A DNA stretch of 63,587 nt, the filler included, from Welwitschia mirabilis (lineage: Eukaryota), in assembly GCA_051453625.1 (NCBI GenBank). It is 9 parts of one record of this genome, joined end to end, with 100 filler letters (N's around TTAATTAATTAA, not from the genome) between each part and the next. Parts side by side here need not be neighbours in the genome. Positions count along the whole stretch, not along the records: positions 22,716 to 54,366 come from JBOZIK010000001.1; positions 54,467 to 57,448 come from JBOZIK010000001.1; positions 57,549 to 60,600 come from JBOZIK010000001.1; 6 more parts are not named here. The stretch is one strand, 5' to 3'. The notes under the pieces were generated by a model, which did not search any database, was not told where the DNA came from, and saw nothing but the letters and a program-made list of their open reading frames with translations. Position numbers and translations under genes: made by a program. Numbering within the stretch: position 1 is the first letter of the stretch; each line of letters opens with the position of its first letter. Of this stretch, positions 49,265 through 60,700 are shown piece after piece.

Positions 49265-52200
49265 TGATAGGATCGAGAACCTTAGATGGGGTTGAATAGG
49301 TTCTTTTAAATAATTAACCAAAATCATGATATAATAGAATCTTGCTCAAAATGACTTGCTAATAAAATCATGCATATAAAGAAAAACTAAAAGTATTCAA
49401 AGTAATGAAACTAACAGAAAGCATAAAATACCAAATAGATGCACACAAGATTTTATAGTGGTTCAGGAAACCTCCTATTCCACTCTCGATGATCCCCAAG
49501 CTTGATATGGATCTTTATTAACTCTTCCAGGTGTTACAGGTTCACCTGTAACCTTTACAAATGGACTTTTGTAGGTTAAGTTGTATCCTTTCCAATCGAA
49601 CTTTTGCAGGCTTAGTCTCAACCTTCAGAGGAGTACAAATGACAAGATCCAATAGTGAATATCATAAGATTTCAGTCCTTTTATCAGAAGTTAAAAAGAT
49701 TTTTTAGTAATCTCTCTTTTAGCTATTTATATTGGAAGGCTTTTAGGGTTTATTNNNNNNNNNNNNNNNNNNNNNNNNNNNNNNNNNNNNNNNNNNNNNN
49801 NNNNNNNNNNNNNNNNNNNNNNNNNNNNNNNNNNNNNNNNNNNNNNNNNNNNNNCTTTTATCAGAAGTTAAAAAGATTTTTTAGTAATCTCTCTTTTAGC
49901 TATTTATATTGGAAGGCTTTTAGGGTTTATTTCATTTGAAAATGCACTTCCAACAGCTATAAATGTCTAGAAAATGGCTATCTAATGGATCCATAACAGA
50001 TATAAAATGGATAGAAAATTTTAGTTCCATTCTGACTGGTCGACTTCTCAAAAGTCTAGTTGATCCTGTCTAGTGCCATAACTTACATAGGTTGCTCGAG
50101 TAAAGTTTTCGATCACCCCAGTTTCTTATGGCTCCATGTCCGATCGACCCTTAAGCATTCGGTTAACCCCTATCTAGTCACTCATAATTATGTCTGGTCA
50201 CCTGCTAGTCTTGATAAAAGATCATTCCAATTTCCTGCATAAGGTCTGGTTGATCCCTTCAGGTGTTCGGTCGCCCCCATGATGATCGACTTAGGGATAC
50301 CAGCTACACAGTGCTTAGATTCGGTTGACCTCTTCAAAGGTCCAGTTGACTCCTTAACAATCAGTTTAGGAGTACTATTCTCAGGTTCATACATCTGGTA
50401 GATTCCATTATAGGTCTAGTCAACCCCTCTGAATTTTATTCATTTTTGAGAGTCTACTCCAAGTGTGGTTAACTCCTTGAAAGTTTGGTCAACCCGTCAA
50501 GAGGGTAAATGAGCTTGACAGGTTTTTAGTGATTAGAATTCAACATTCATGACTTCAACATCTAACCTGCAAATGATTAACATCTTCTGCATAAGATACA
50601 TAAAATTTGCTATATAGAGAACATTAGTTTGACATCAATTGGCAAAACATAATCTAATAATCTCCCCCTTTGACATTAATAGTAAACAATACTTAGTTGT
50701 AAAGATATTTGAAACTGAGAAAACTTTCCCTCATCAAATTCCTATTATTCTTTACAAAATATTTAAACCTTTTGAAATTAATTGAAGATATTCTAATAAG
50801 TTAAATTTTTTGTTAAAATAAAAACAATTTTAAGGTGTACATTTGGAGAGTTAAGAACACAATATTTATGAAAAGCACAATGTGATCATATAAATCATTT
50901 AACATATTTATCATCGATAATTTTACAGTTCATTTCCAATATGGGATAACAACGTTTGAATCTATGGGAAAATAACATTTGAAACTTTAATATTCATAAT
51001 TGAAAAATGTTAAGCTCATATGAATTGCATAAAATGTTAAGCTCATATGGATTGCACCAAAATATTTGAGATACCAATTTAAAACATAAAAATTAAGTGC
51101 ATTTTAATTCTATTAAACATAAGAATTTCAAAGAGATATACAACTAATTCTTCCCCTTTTGACATTAATGTCAAAGAAGAGAACAAAAGCATATAAGCAC
51201 AAACATAAGTAAATAATCAATATGAAATGATAGAAACAGATAATACAATTTCTATTCGGCAAAGAAACTTCCGTTTTGCATTGTCATCTTTTGCTGAAGG
51301 GCCTATACAACTAAGATGATCCCAGTGACAGGCTTTTATTCTAATCAACCAACCACATCCAGTTGACTGAATTAAGAATCCTATTGATCATCCTGCAATT
51401 AGCTATAAGATGGAAAGATAACCCCTAGTTCATTTCTGAGACAAAGAAAAGTATCAAAATTTAGGGGTTTAATAAAAAGATCTACCAGCTAGTGGTCTGT
51501 ACTTACAAATTTGATAGAGATGTGTTCTTTTTCTACTTGATCTCTTAGGAAATGATGCCTTAGCTTAATATGTTTGGTTCTTGAGTGCTGAACAGGAATT
51601 TTGGATATGTTTATAGCACTGGTGTTATCATAAAAGATAGGGACTTATTCAAAACTAACACCGAAATCCTTTAGCATTTCTTTCATCCACAAAAAATGAG
51701 TATAAAAAGTGCCTGATGTAATATATTCTACTTATGTAGTTGAAAGAGAGATGGAGTTTTGTTTCTTACTTACCCATCCTACTAAACATGAACCTAATAA
51801 AAAACAATTTCCACTTGTGATTTTTTTATCATCTTTACATCTAGCCCAATTCACATCACTAAAGCCTATAAGCGCGAAATATGTCTCTGTAGGATACCAT
51901 AAACTATAATCACATGTGTCTTTTACATACCTGATTATTCTTTTTACTGCTTGTAGATGTGATCCTTTTAGTTGAGATTGATACCTTGCACATACTCCAA
52001 CATTAAATATAATATTTGGTCTACTTGCATTCAAATATAATAAACTATCAATCATACTTCTATAAATTAAAGTTTTTGATCCACTGATTTGCCATTTTCA
52101 TCCAAACTCACTTTACATGATGTAGACATAGGAGTGTCAGTTGTTTTTGCATTTTCCAATTTAAAATGTTTGACTAAATCTCTTGCATATTTTTATTGAG

Positions 52201-54366
52201 AAATAAATATCCCATCTTTAAATTGCCTGATCTATAGTCCAAAAAATATTTTTACTTCATCAAGCATACTCATTTCAAAATGAGTTGTCATAATAGTTGT
52301 AAATTCTTTTGACAACTTTTCATTTGAGGCAGTGAAAATGATATCATCTACATAAATCTATATAATAATGAAATCCTTTTTTAAGTTCTTTACAAATAAG
52401 GTTTTGTCTACAGTTTCACAATATATCCATTTTCATTTAAAAAGATGGCTAGCTTCTCATATCAAGCTCTTGGAGCTTATTTTAATTCATACAAAGCTTT
52501 CTTAAGCCTATATACATGATTAGTTTTATGAGGATCAATAAAACCTTATGGTTCCTTTAGATAGACTTCTTCTTTTAAATTANNNNNNNNNNNNNNNNNN
52601 NNNNNNNNNNNNNNNNNNNNNNNNNNNNNNNNNNNNNNNNNNNNNNNNNNNNNNNNNNNNNNNNNNNNNNNNNNNNNNNNNNNNNNNNNNNNNNNNNNNN
52701 NNNNNNNNNNNNNNNNNNNNNNNNNNNNNNNNNNNNNNNNNNNNNNNNNNNNNNNNNNNNNNNNNNNNNNNNNNNNNNNNNNNNNNNNNNNNNNNNNNNN
52801 NNNNNNNNNNNTATTTTTATCTTTTGATCGTTCTACAAGATTTTAAACATTATTCCTCTTAAACTGTTGAAGCTTAATTTGCATTGCCATCATTCATTCC
52901 TCATGAATTTTAGCTTCTTCAAATTTCTTGGATTTTATTTTTGAAACATAACAAATGTGAGCACACAAATTCTTCATAGAACCTCTTGTCTTTATTTTTA
53001 AATCAACTTATTCAATAATAGATTTCAAAGGATGATCTTTTAATAATTTGGGCTTTTTCAGTGTGCCTTCATTTGATGGAACTTCATTATTTTTAGTAGT
53101 TACTTCATTAGTCATGGGGATGTTTGTAGTTATGACTTCCTCTTCATCTGTGTACTTTGGTATTGTGTCAATCTCATCAATTTGCATATTTATTGACTCT
53201 TCTACCATTAAACTTCTCTTGTTGAAAACACGATAGGCTCTACTTCTAGCTGAGTAACCTAAAAAGATAGCTTCATCAGCTTTAGACTCAAATTTACTCA
53301 AATTTTATCTATCTTTTAGTACATAGCATTTACTTTTGAAGACTTTAGAATATGAAATATTAGGTTGTCTTCCTTTCCATAACTCTTATGGCATTTTATC
53401 AGTACCAGACCTAAGATATACTCTGTTAATAATGTAGCATGTTGTGTTAACTACCTTAGCCCAAAGAGATTTAGGGACCTCCTTATTGTTTAACATGATT
53501 CATGCCATTTCTTGGAGGACTCTGTTATTTCTTTCAGCTATACCATTTTGTTGTGGTGTCTTTAGGGCTGAAAATTGATGATTAATTCCATTATCAATGT
53601 AATATTTCTCAAATTCATCACCATGATTACTTCTTGTTTTCTTTATGATATACCCTTTTTCATTTTGAATCTTTTTGCATATCTCAACCCAATGTTTGTA
53701 AGCTTCAGACTTAATTGTCAAGAAGGCTACCCAAGTATATCTAGAGAAGTCGTCAACCATAGTGAGAAAATAACATTTTCCACCTAGACTTCAAGTTTAA
53801 GCGGGACCTANNNNNNNNNNNNNNNNNNNNNNNNNNNNNNNNNNNNNNNNNNNNNNNNNNNNNNNNNNNNNNNNNNNNNNNNNNNNNNNNNNNNNNNNNN
53901 NNNNNNNNNNNNNNNNNNNNNNNNNNNNNNNNNNNNNNNNNNNNNNNNNNNNNNNNNNNNNNNNNNNNNNNNNNNNNNNNNNNNNNNNNNNNNNNNNNNN
54001 NNNNNNNNNNNNNNNNNNNNNNNNNNNNNNNNNNNNNNNNNNNNNNNNNNNNNNNNNNNNNNNNNNNNNNNNNNNNNNNNNNNNNNNNNNNNNNNNNNNN
54101 NNNNNNNNNNNNNNNNNNNNNNNNNNCAAGATTTTACGTTTTGATTTATTGAAGACTACCTTGTAACCTTTGTCATAAATTTAACTAATGCTTAATAAAT
54201 TATGCTTTAAACCAATTACATACAAAAGTTTATTAATTCTAGAAAGGTTACCTCCACCAATGCTTCTAATGCCTTTTATTTTTGCTCTCCCACTATCACC
54301 CAAAGTCACCTCTCCTCCATCAAGCTTACTTAATTGCTTGAACCTGGATTTATCTCCTGTTATATG
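49265..54366 (-). mobile_element. Sirevirus-type Ty1/copia (pol plus 3' LTR) nested in the Gypsy
   Basis: 3' LTR 49265-50659, PPT AAGGGGGAGA 50670-50661, second PPT-like site ~51150; RNase H RTKHIKLRHHFLRD, RT IYVDDIIF and MIDSLLYLNASRPNI, integrase DDFSRYTWV and TPQQNGIAER, protease region HITGDKSRF; 5' end lost in a gap. Confidence 0.93.
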
Positions 54367-54467
54367 NNNNNNNNNNNNNNNNNNNNNNNNNNNNNNNNNN
54401 NNNNNNNNNNTTAATTAATTAANNNNNNNNNNNNNNNNNNNNNNNNNNNNNNNNNNNNNNNNNNNNA

Positions 54468-57115
54468 ATTACAAATTCATGTCACTTAAATTACAATTAA
54501 GATAAGATATAAGAAAGAATAATAAAAAATTTGAAAAGAGTTTCAATTCAAATAATATTTTTATTCATAAAATTGAAGTACATCCACTTACGATAATAAC
54601 TCCTCAATGAAAGATTCACTGCCTAACATCAAGGGAGTTCTTCTCACAAGTAGGATGGGTCTCCTTGCCTCTAATAGTATCCAATCATTAGAATAATGTA
54701 GATGACAAAAAATGATTTGGAAGAGGGTCTTAGGATGAATGGTTAATGGTTGTTAAGAGGTGTGAAATGAAGAGGTGTAAGTTAAATCCACCCTTTCATA
54801 ATAATTTAATTAACTTTAAAAATTGTTTTAATTGTCATTCATTGTATCATCTCAATGACATTGAGGAGAACCACTCCATCTATTAACTGATGTTCAACAC
54901 ACATTGATTATGCTGACTATTATCCTGTGTGTCATCCCCATGACTATCGTTCCACAAAAGTCATCCTCACGATAGATAGAATGACAACTCTATCTTAATA
55001 ATTGTGCTTTAATCCATCATCATGAAAACATAGCTTCTTATTTTGCAAATTTTTTCATTTCATGTCATATATGGAATCTTTTGTATAATTTTCATAAGTT
55101 CCTTGAAAACCTATCAATAGAAATGTACTCCACAAATGTATTAAATAGGTTAATTTGGCTTTGCAGCACAAGGTAATATTGGCTTAGGAGTAGAACAGAG
55201 CATGGTATTTTGAGTTTTACATGAAGACATAAGAGGAATAATGAGAAGATCATTTTTAATAGCAATAGACTCTTCAATTTGATTTGGTTTATTAGTTATA
55301 CTAAGTTTATTCTTCATTAGATTTTATTGGTTTTATGTAGCTACTTCTTGATTTTACTCCTTCTTGTAATTGTTTTTGCTTTATTGAATAATATATTCAT
55401 CACGTTCTAAATTGTTGAGTTTCTTATCAAGAGGAATTTCATCCTTTTTCTAAGTCTTCGAAGGTTTTTAAAATTATCTATACTTGATGCTTCTTCCTTA
55501 TCTTTTAAAAGTGAATAGGAAAAATAGTCCAAAATTTCTACATCATTATCATCCTCATCCTCATTCTTATTCATTTGTTGAATTAGAACTTTGTTTTCCT
55601 CACTTTGGCTATTCTTACAAAGGATGTAAAATTCCTCTAAAAGTTCTATCATATTATCATCATTTTAAAGGTAAGACTTGGTATTACTTTATATGGTAAT
55701 TTCAATGTCCTCTTCATCATTCTCAAGGTAAGAAGTAGAAGATGTGGTGGAGTAGGATTGAGAATGTTGTTGACTATAGACTTGAATAATGAATTCTACT
55801 AATTTTTCTAAATTTTTATTGTATCTCACTTTGTTATGCTCCTTCTTCACTTTGTTTCATATACTTGTGAAGGGATTGTGATAGAGAATCTTTTTTATCA
55901 TCTATCTCTTCTTAATATTCTTTCATAGAAGAGATTCTATTTAACTAAGTATATTATGGAAAGTTATTCTAAATGGATAAGAATTTCTAGAAGAATGAGA
56001 CTCATTGGCATACCTATGTGCCAGTTGAAAAGAGATGGATGGAAAATAAGAGTTGTGTTCTCTTTCCAATTCAAATTGCTTCTTCCTTTTAAAAATAAGT
56101 TCACGAAGAGGATTTTGTTTTCTTATTTTAATAGATATCTTCCTTAGAGTTCTTTTATCAGTCATCTAAAAAAGAGAACAAGAATAAATAAACTTGGAAT
56201 AGTAAGAGATAATCACCTAGAACACATTAAGTGAAATGTGCAAAACACTCTTACTAACCAAGTACTAGTAATGCCAAAAATAAATAAGATAATTAAATAA
56301 TTTGGATGACAATATCCAAGATTAAACTAATTGAAAGGACTATACCAATTCATAATCTTAAAAAGAAAATTTCAAAAAGGAAATAGAAACTATGTTATAA
56401 TCTAAGAAGAGTAATCAAGAAAAGCTTATAGAAATAAACTTGGAACTAATTTACAACATCAAAAGAAAGAAATATATTAAAATAATAATTTCACCTTTCT
56501 TGTGATGTAGTATTTAATCTCAACCAAAGATCACTTCCTTTAATTAATTCCTTCATGAATACTTAAATTCTTTTGAATAAGAATATAGAATAAGATCTTC
56601 TTCTTCAAAGACTCACTTTCCTTCGTAGAAATGATGCCAAAATGATTTAAGGTTAAAAATTGACAAATGTTTCAAAATTATAATCCTTTCACACAACAGT
56701 AAATGATCATAAATTTCAATATACTTTAAGTTTTTAAGTTATTTGATACTTCTTGAAAGGATTTTTTAATTTCCTATAATTTAGAATTATCAAAATTTAA
56801 AATCTCTTAACTATTAGTTATAAACATTGAAATTAATTTCTTATTATTTTCTACCTTTATTTTTTTAACTACTTTTACAAATAATTTTCTTAAGAAATAT
56901 TAAACATAATAAACTATTTTTAGATTTTTATAAACATAACATAATTCTATACTAGTGGAAATGACTTTACTAATTTATACCTACTATTTAATGATATATT
57001 ATTTTTTTAACCTATGCCTCTATTTTGGAAATTTAACTTTCACTATATAAACATGATAAAGATTTACAATTAGGTATGTAATAATTAAAATTAATCAAAT
57101 AAATAATAAATATAC
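54468..57115 (-). mobile_element. Athila-like Gypsy 5' region (LTR end, PBS, leader and decayed gag-like sequence)
   Basis: LTR end CA at 56643 followed on minus by TTTTGGCATCATT, a CpG-decayed form of the Athila-type PBS TGGCGCCGTT; acidic and basic ORF scraps 55400-56165. Confidence 0.55.
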
Positions 57116-57119
57116 TAAC

Positions 57120-57625
57120 TGTTATGACAAATTTCTTCACAACGATTAAATTAATTTTTTGTTTGATTTATAAAGGAAAAATCTTTAGAATTTCTATATG
57201 ATGGTTGCACATAAAATGGAGTCATAACCATAATTAATCCAAGAAACTATAGAATAACAAAATAAAAAAAAAATTAACATAGAAAGATGTAGAAAATTAA
57301 GAAAATCAAATTGAAATTCAGTCTCACTAAGATTCTAAAAAATTATTTGAATATTTGACTTGAAAATAGCGTACACCTAATTCTAAAAGTTTAAACTCAA
57401 ATATTATATATAGAAATAAATTTCATAATGGAGAACATTACGGATTCGNNNNNNNNNNNNNNNNNNNNNNNNNNNNNNNNNNNNNNNNNNNNTTAATTAA
57501 TTAANNNNNNNNNNNNNNNNNNNNNNNNNNNNNNNNNNNNNNNNNNNNTGAGCATTTATCTGTTAGTTTATCTGCAAAACAACTCAAAATACACTATCAA
57601 ATACACTTAAGTTGGCGTCGCAACA
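57120..57625 (+). mobile_element. Possible Tat/Ogre-type LTR spanning a gap
   Basis: TG at 57120, end GGCGTCGCAACA at 57625, flanks CTAAC and CTATC (4/5); an unsized gap lies between the ends. Confidence 0.3.
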
Positions 57626-57989
57626 CTATCTTTCACACTCAATTTCTCACAAACCATAGGTCAAAACATGGTGATCCTTTAGGGAAAATTGATCAATTCA
57701 ATGTGTTCTATAATTTTACTGATTATATTTTTCATTTAAGCACTTTGAATTTTTACCATATGTGAGGTCCACTTAAAAAACTACTTTTTTATTTTTTGCA
57801 CATTTTACATTTTTCTTCTCACAAATAGGTAATAAGGGATTTATTGACACTTTTAGTAGGGATCAAGACATGTTTTCATCATTTTTTTAATTTTTATTGA
57901 TATTGGGAGTCGTTGTTAAACAGCCATGCGATGTTTTTGAACTTATGATTTGATCTCACATGATGTTTTTGTGTATTTTTGGACTGAGT

Positions 57990-59246
57990 AGGCCTCATAC
58001 ATGTAGATCTAGATAGGCTCAAGTTGAGGCAAACGTTATAGAGTAGGAGCAGGCCCTTTAGTACCTCCAGAGGTTGAGCGTGTAGAGCCTGTACATCCTC
58101 CGCCTCAACATGGATGTTTATTGACGATACAGACAGCTATCATTCATGTTGAGCGACATTTTGGAGACTTCATAAGCTAGATAGAACCTGAGATTGATTA
58201 GAGGCTCTCAAATCTCTAGCTATGATGGATTATGGATGTACATGGTACGTATTATGTATCAGAGACATCAGAGTGGTATGATGCCATCATATAGAGTATC
58301 ATCCAGATTCTCGTGGTCACTTGGTTGATATGATCATAGCCTATATTCAGAATGACGAGATTGTTATACTCTTATTCCAGACCATAGTAGTTAAAGATAT
58401 AAGTGATCTTAGAAGTTTACATATTCATGTGGCCGGAGGGATTGAAGAGTGTCGTGCATGTGGCACTGCATTAGATATCCCGGTTGATTTAACGATAGAT
58501 AGATGGGAGTTCTCATCAAACAGTTGACCCTTCATACAGAGTATTTCATAAAGAGCTAATCCATAACATTAATCCATCATTCCAGCGTACTTACAAATTC
58601 TGACAGCTTTCAAGCAGGAGAGCAGATGAATTTACAGACATTTATCTAGAGGAGACTTAGGTTAATCGTAGAGGCACAATAGTTGTATTAGAATCCATGC
58701 CTCTTCTTAGCTTTATTTAGATAATTTGGAATACCAGAGCCCATGGACAAGTAGCACCTTTCTCATAGTTAGACTTCTACTCATCATTTGTAGAACATGG
58801 GCATACATGTATTAGAAGAGGTAAAGCGACCTCATGTACAGAGACCGGTCATTGGGGCTACACTTGAGCAGATACAGGCCCTCCTAGTGGAGACCACTGA
58901 GACTATCAGAGGTTTCTTAGATCAAGTATCTAGACATTAGACCAAAGGATTCACGCTCTAGATTAGAGGACTTAGACATTGGAGCAGAGGATCTTAATAG
59001 TTGAGAGAAGAGTCCAGCACTCTAAGAACTAGGTTATTAATGTGCACTAGCGCATTGTCTCCATTCAGTAGAGTGTTATAGTAGATATTCTAGAGTTCAT
59101 TCGTGTTCAAGGAGATGAGATGGTTTATAAAGTTTCTACATTATTGGACCTCTATTTCCCTACTGATCCTGAGCATTTTCCCTCTTCTTCCCCTGCACCA
59201 AGCTAGCTGCCTAGACTAAATTTATTAAGCGATGACAAGGGGAGTA
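57990..59246 (+). pseudogene. Decayed env-like/extra ORF of an LTR retrotransposon (Athila or Sirevirus type)
   Basis: IHVERHF..PEID*RL..WIMDVHGTYYVSETSEWY, LIHNINP, MPLLSFI*II and heptads *TLDQRIHALD*RT*TLEQRILIVERRVQ; followed by GATGACAAGGGGGAG. Confidence 0.6.
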
Positions 59247-60115
59247 ATTTTGTCACACTTTATATCTCCCCTTATATGTATTGTTGTAGTGAGATTCATT
59301 GTTATATATACATATCATTTTTTGAATTCAGCGTGGTGTAATTTTTTATCGAATTTTCATGCTTATTTTTCTTTTTTACATGTTATAATGAGGCTTTATT
59401 TTATTTGAGTAATCTTTTTAGTTATTACTGTGTATTTTAGTGAGGAACTTTAATTATAAATGCATTAACTGATTATTTATTTTAAAAAATTTCTATTACA
59501 AGTATCTATTTTCTAAGACCATTTTTTTGAGCTTATCATCTCCCTTATTATCCGGACGACAACATGGATGATAGTATGATCAGTTACGCTTTAAAGTGAA
59601 ACATCTAGTTTTCTAAATTTTCATAATTTAATCTATATCTTTGAGATTTTGAAAAAAAATTATGAGATGATTTCTTTAGTACCTTAACCCTTTTTATTGT
59701 TAAACAAGTTAGTTTGCAATCATGGTTTACCACCTGGTTTTCGTAAGGACTGACAAGGTTAAGTGGGAGGCTATGTTGTACTACCAACTTATATATATTT
59801 AATAAGATATTTCGAATAGTTTTATAGGATATTAGACAGGTTTACACTGGATTTCCATGATAATGGAGGGTTGAGATGAAAGATACAAAAACATGCAATT
59901 TCCATAAAATCTTGCAGCATTTAGAGTAGTTCATAATACTTTCTATTTTGAAGTAAACTTCTTGCAAACATTGAGGCTGATGCATTAGATCAACATTTGT
60001 AAAAGCCTATCATCCATCTCATCGTCCGGATGACTATATGGAAGACAGAACAGTTGAAGCCAACAAGGATGTTTACTGTGATCAATTTAGCAGATGACAT
60101 GAAATACTTATGAGT

Positions 60116-60600
60116 CACTACTAGAAATATAGCCTTTTAAGGCGTTTATTAAGATAAAAATCTTAAGTAAACTTGATGCAAACATTTTAAGGCATTTGTT
60201 TAAATAAACGCCTTAAATAGACGCAATGGAGAAAATAAAGCCTTGCTTTTCAGGCATTTATTAAAATAAGCACCTTAAGAAAAGGATAAAAATTTTTAGT
60301 TTTTAAGGTGTTTAAGGAAATAAACTCCTTAAAAATTTTTAGTTTTTAAGGTGTTTAAGAAAATGAACTCCTTAAAAATTGCTATCTCACTAATAAAATT
60401 CATTTCTTTTAGTTCCTGTGTTTTATCTTTTCTTTTACTCCACGCATTTCTCCTTTGCTCAGTTTCCCTAATGCATGCGCGATTGATTTTTGCTGCATGT
60501 TTGATCTTTACTCGGTTGTCCTAATGCCCACATGTTTGATTTGGAACATCTTCAGCCAAAGATTCCAATGGTTTTAGATTACAGCTTCTATGATTTCTGA
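60116..60600 (+). mobile_element. CACTA (EnSpm) transposon terminus
   Basis: CACTACTAGAAA at 60116 followed by direct and inverted subterminal repeats TTTTAAGGCGTTTA and AAACGCCTTAAA, plus a ~45-bp tandem duplication ~60289-60378; runs into a gap. Confidence 0.85.
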
Positions 60601-60700
60601 NNNNNNNNNNNNNNNNNNNNNNNNNNNNNNNNNNNNNNNNNNNNTTAATTAATTAANNNNNNNNNNNNNNNNNNNNNNNNNNNNNNNNNNNNNNNNNNNN

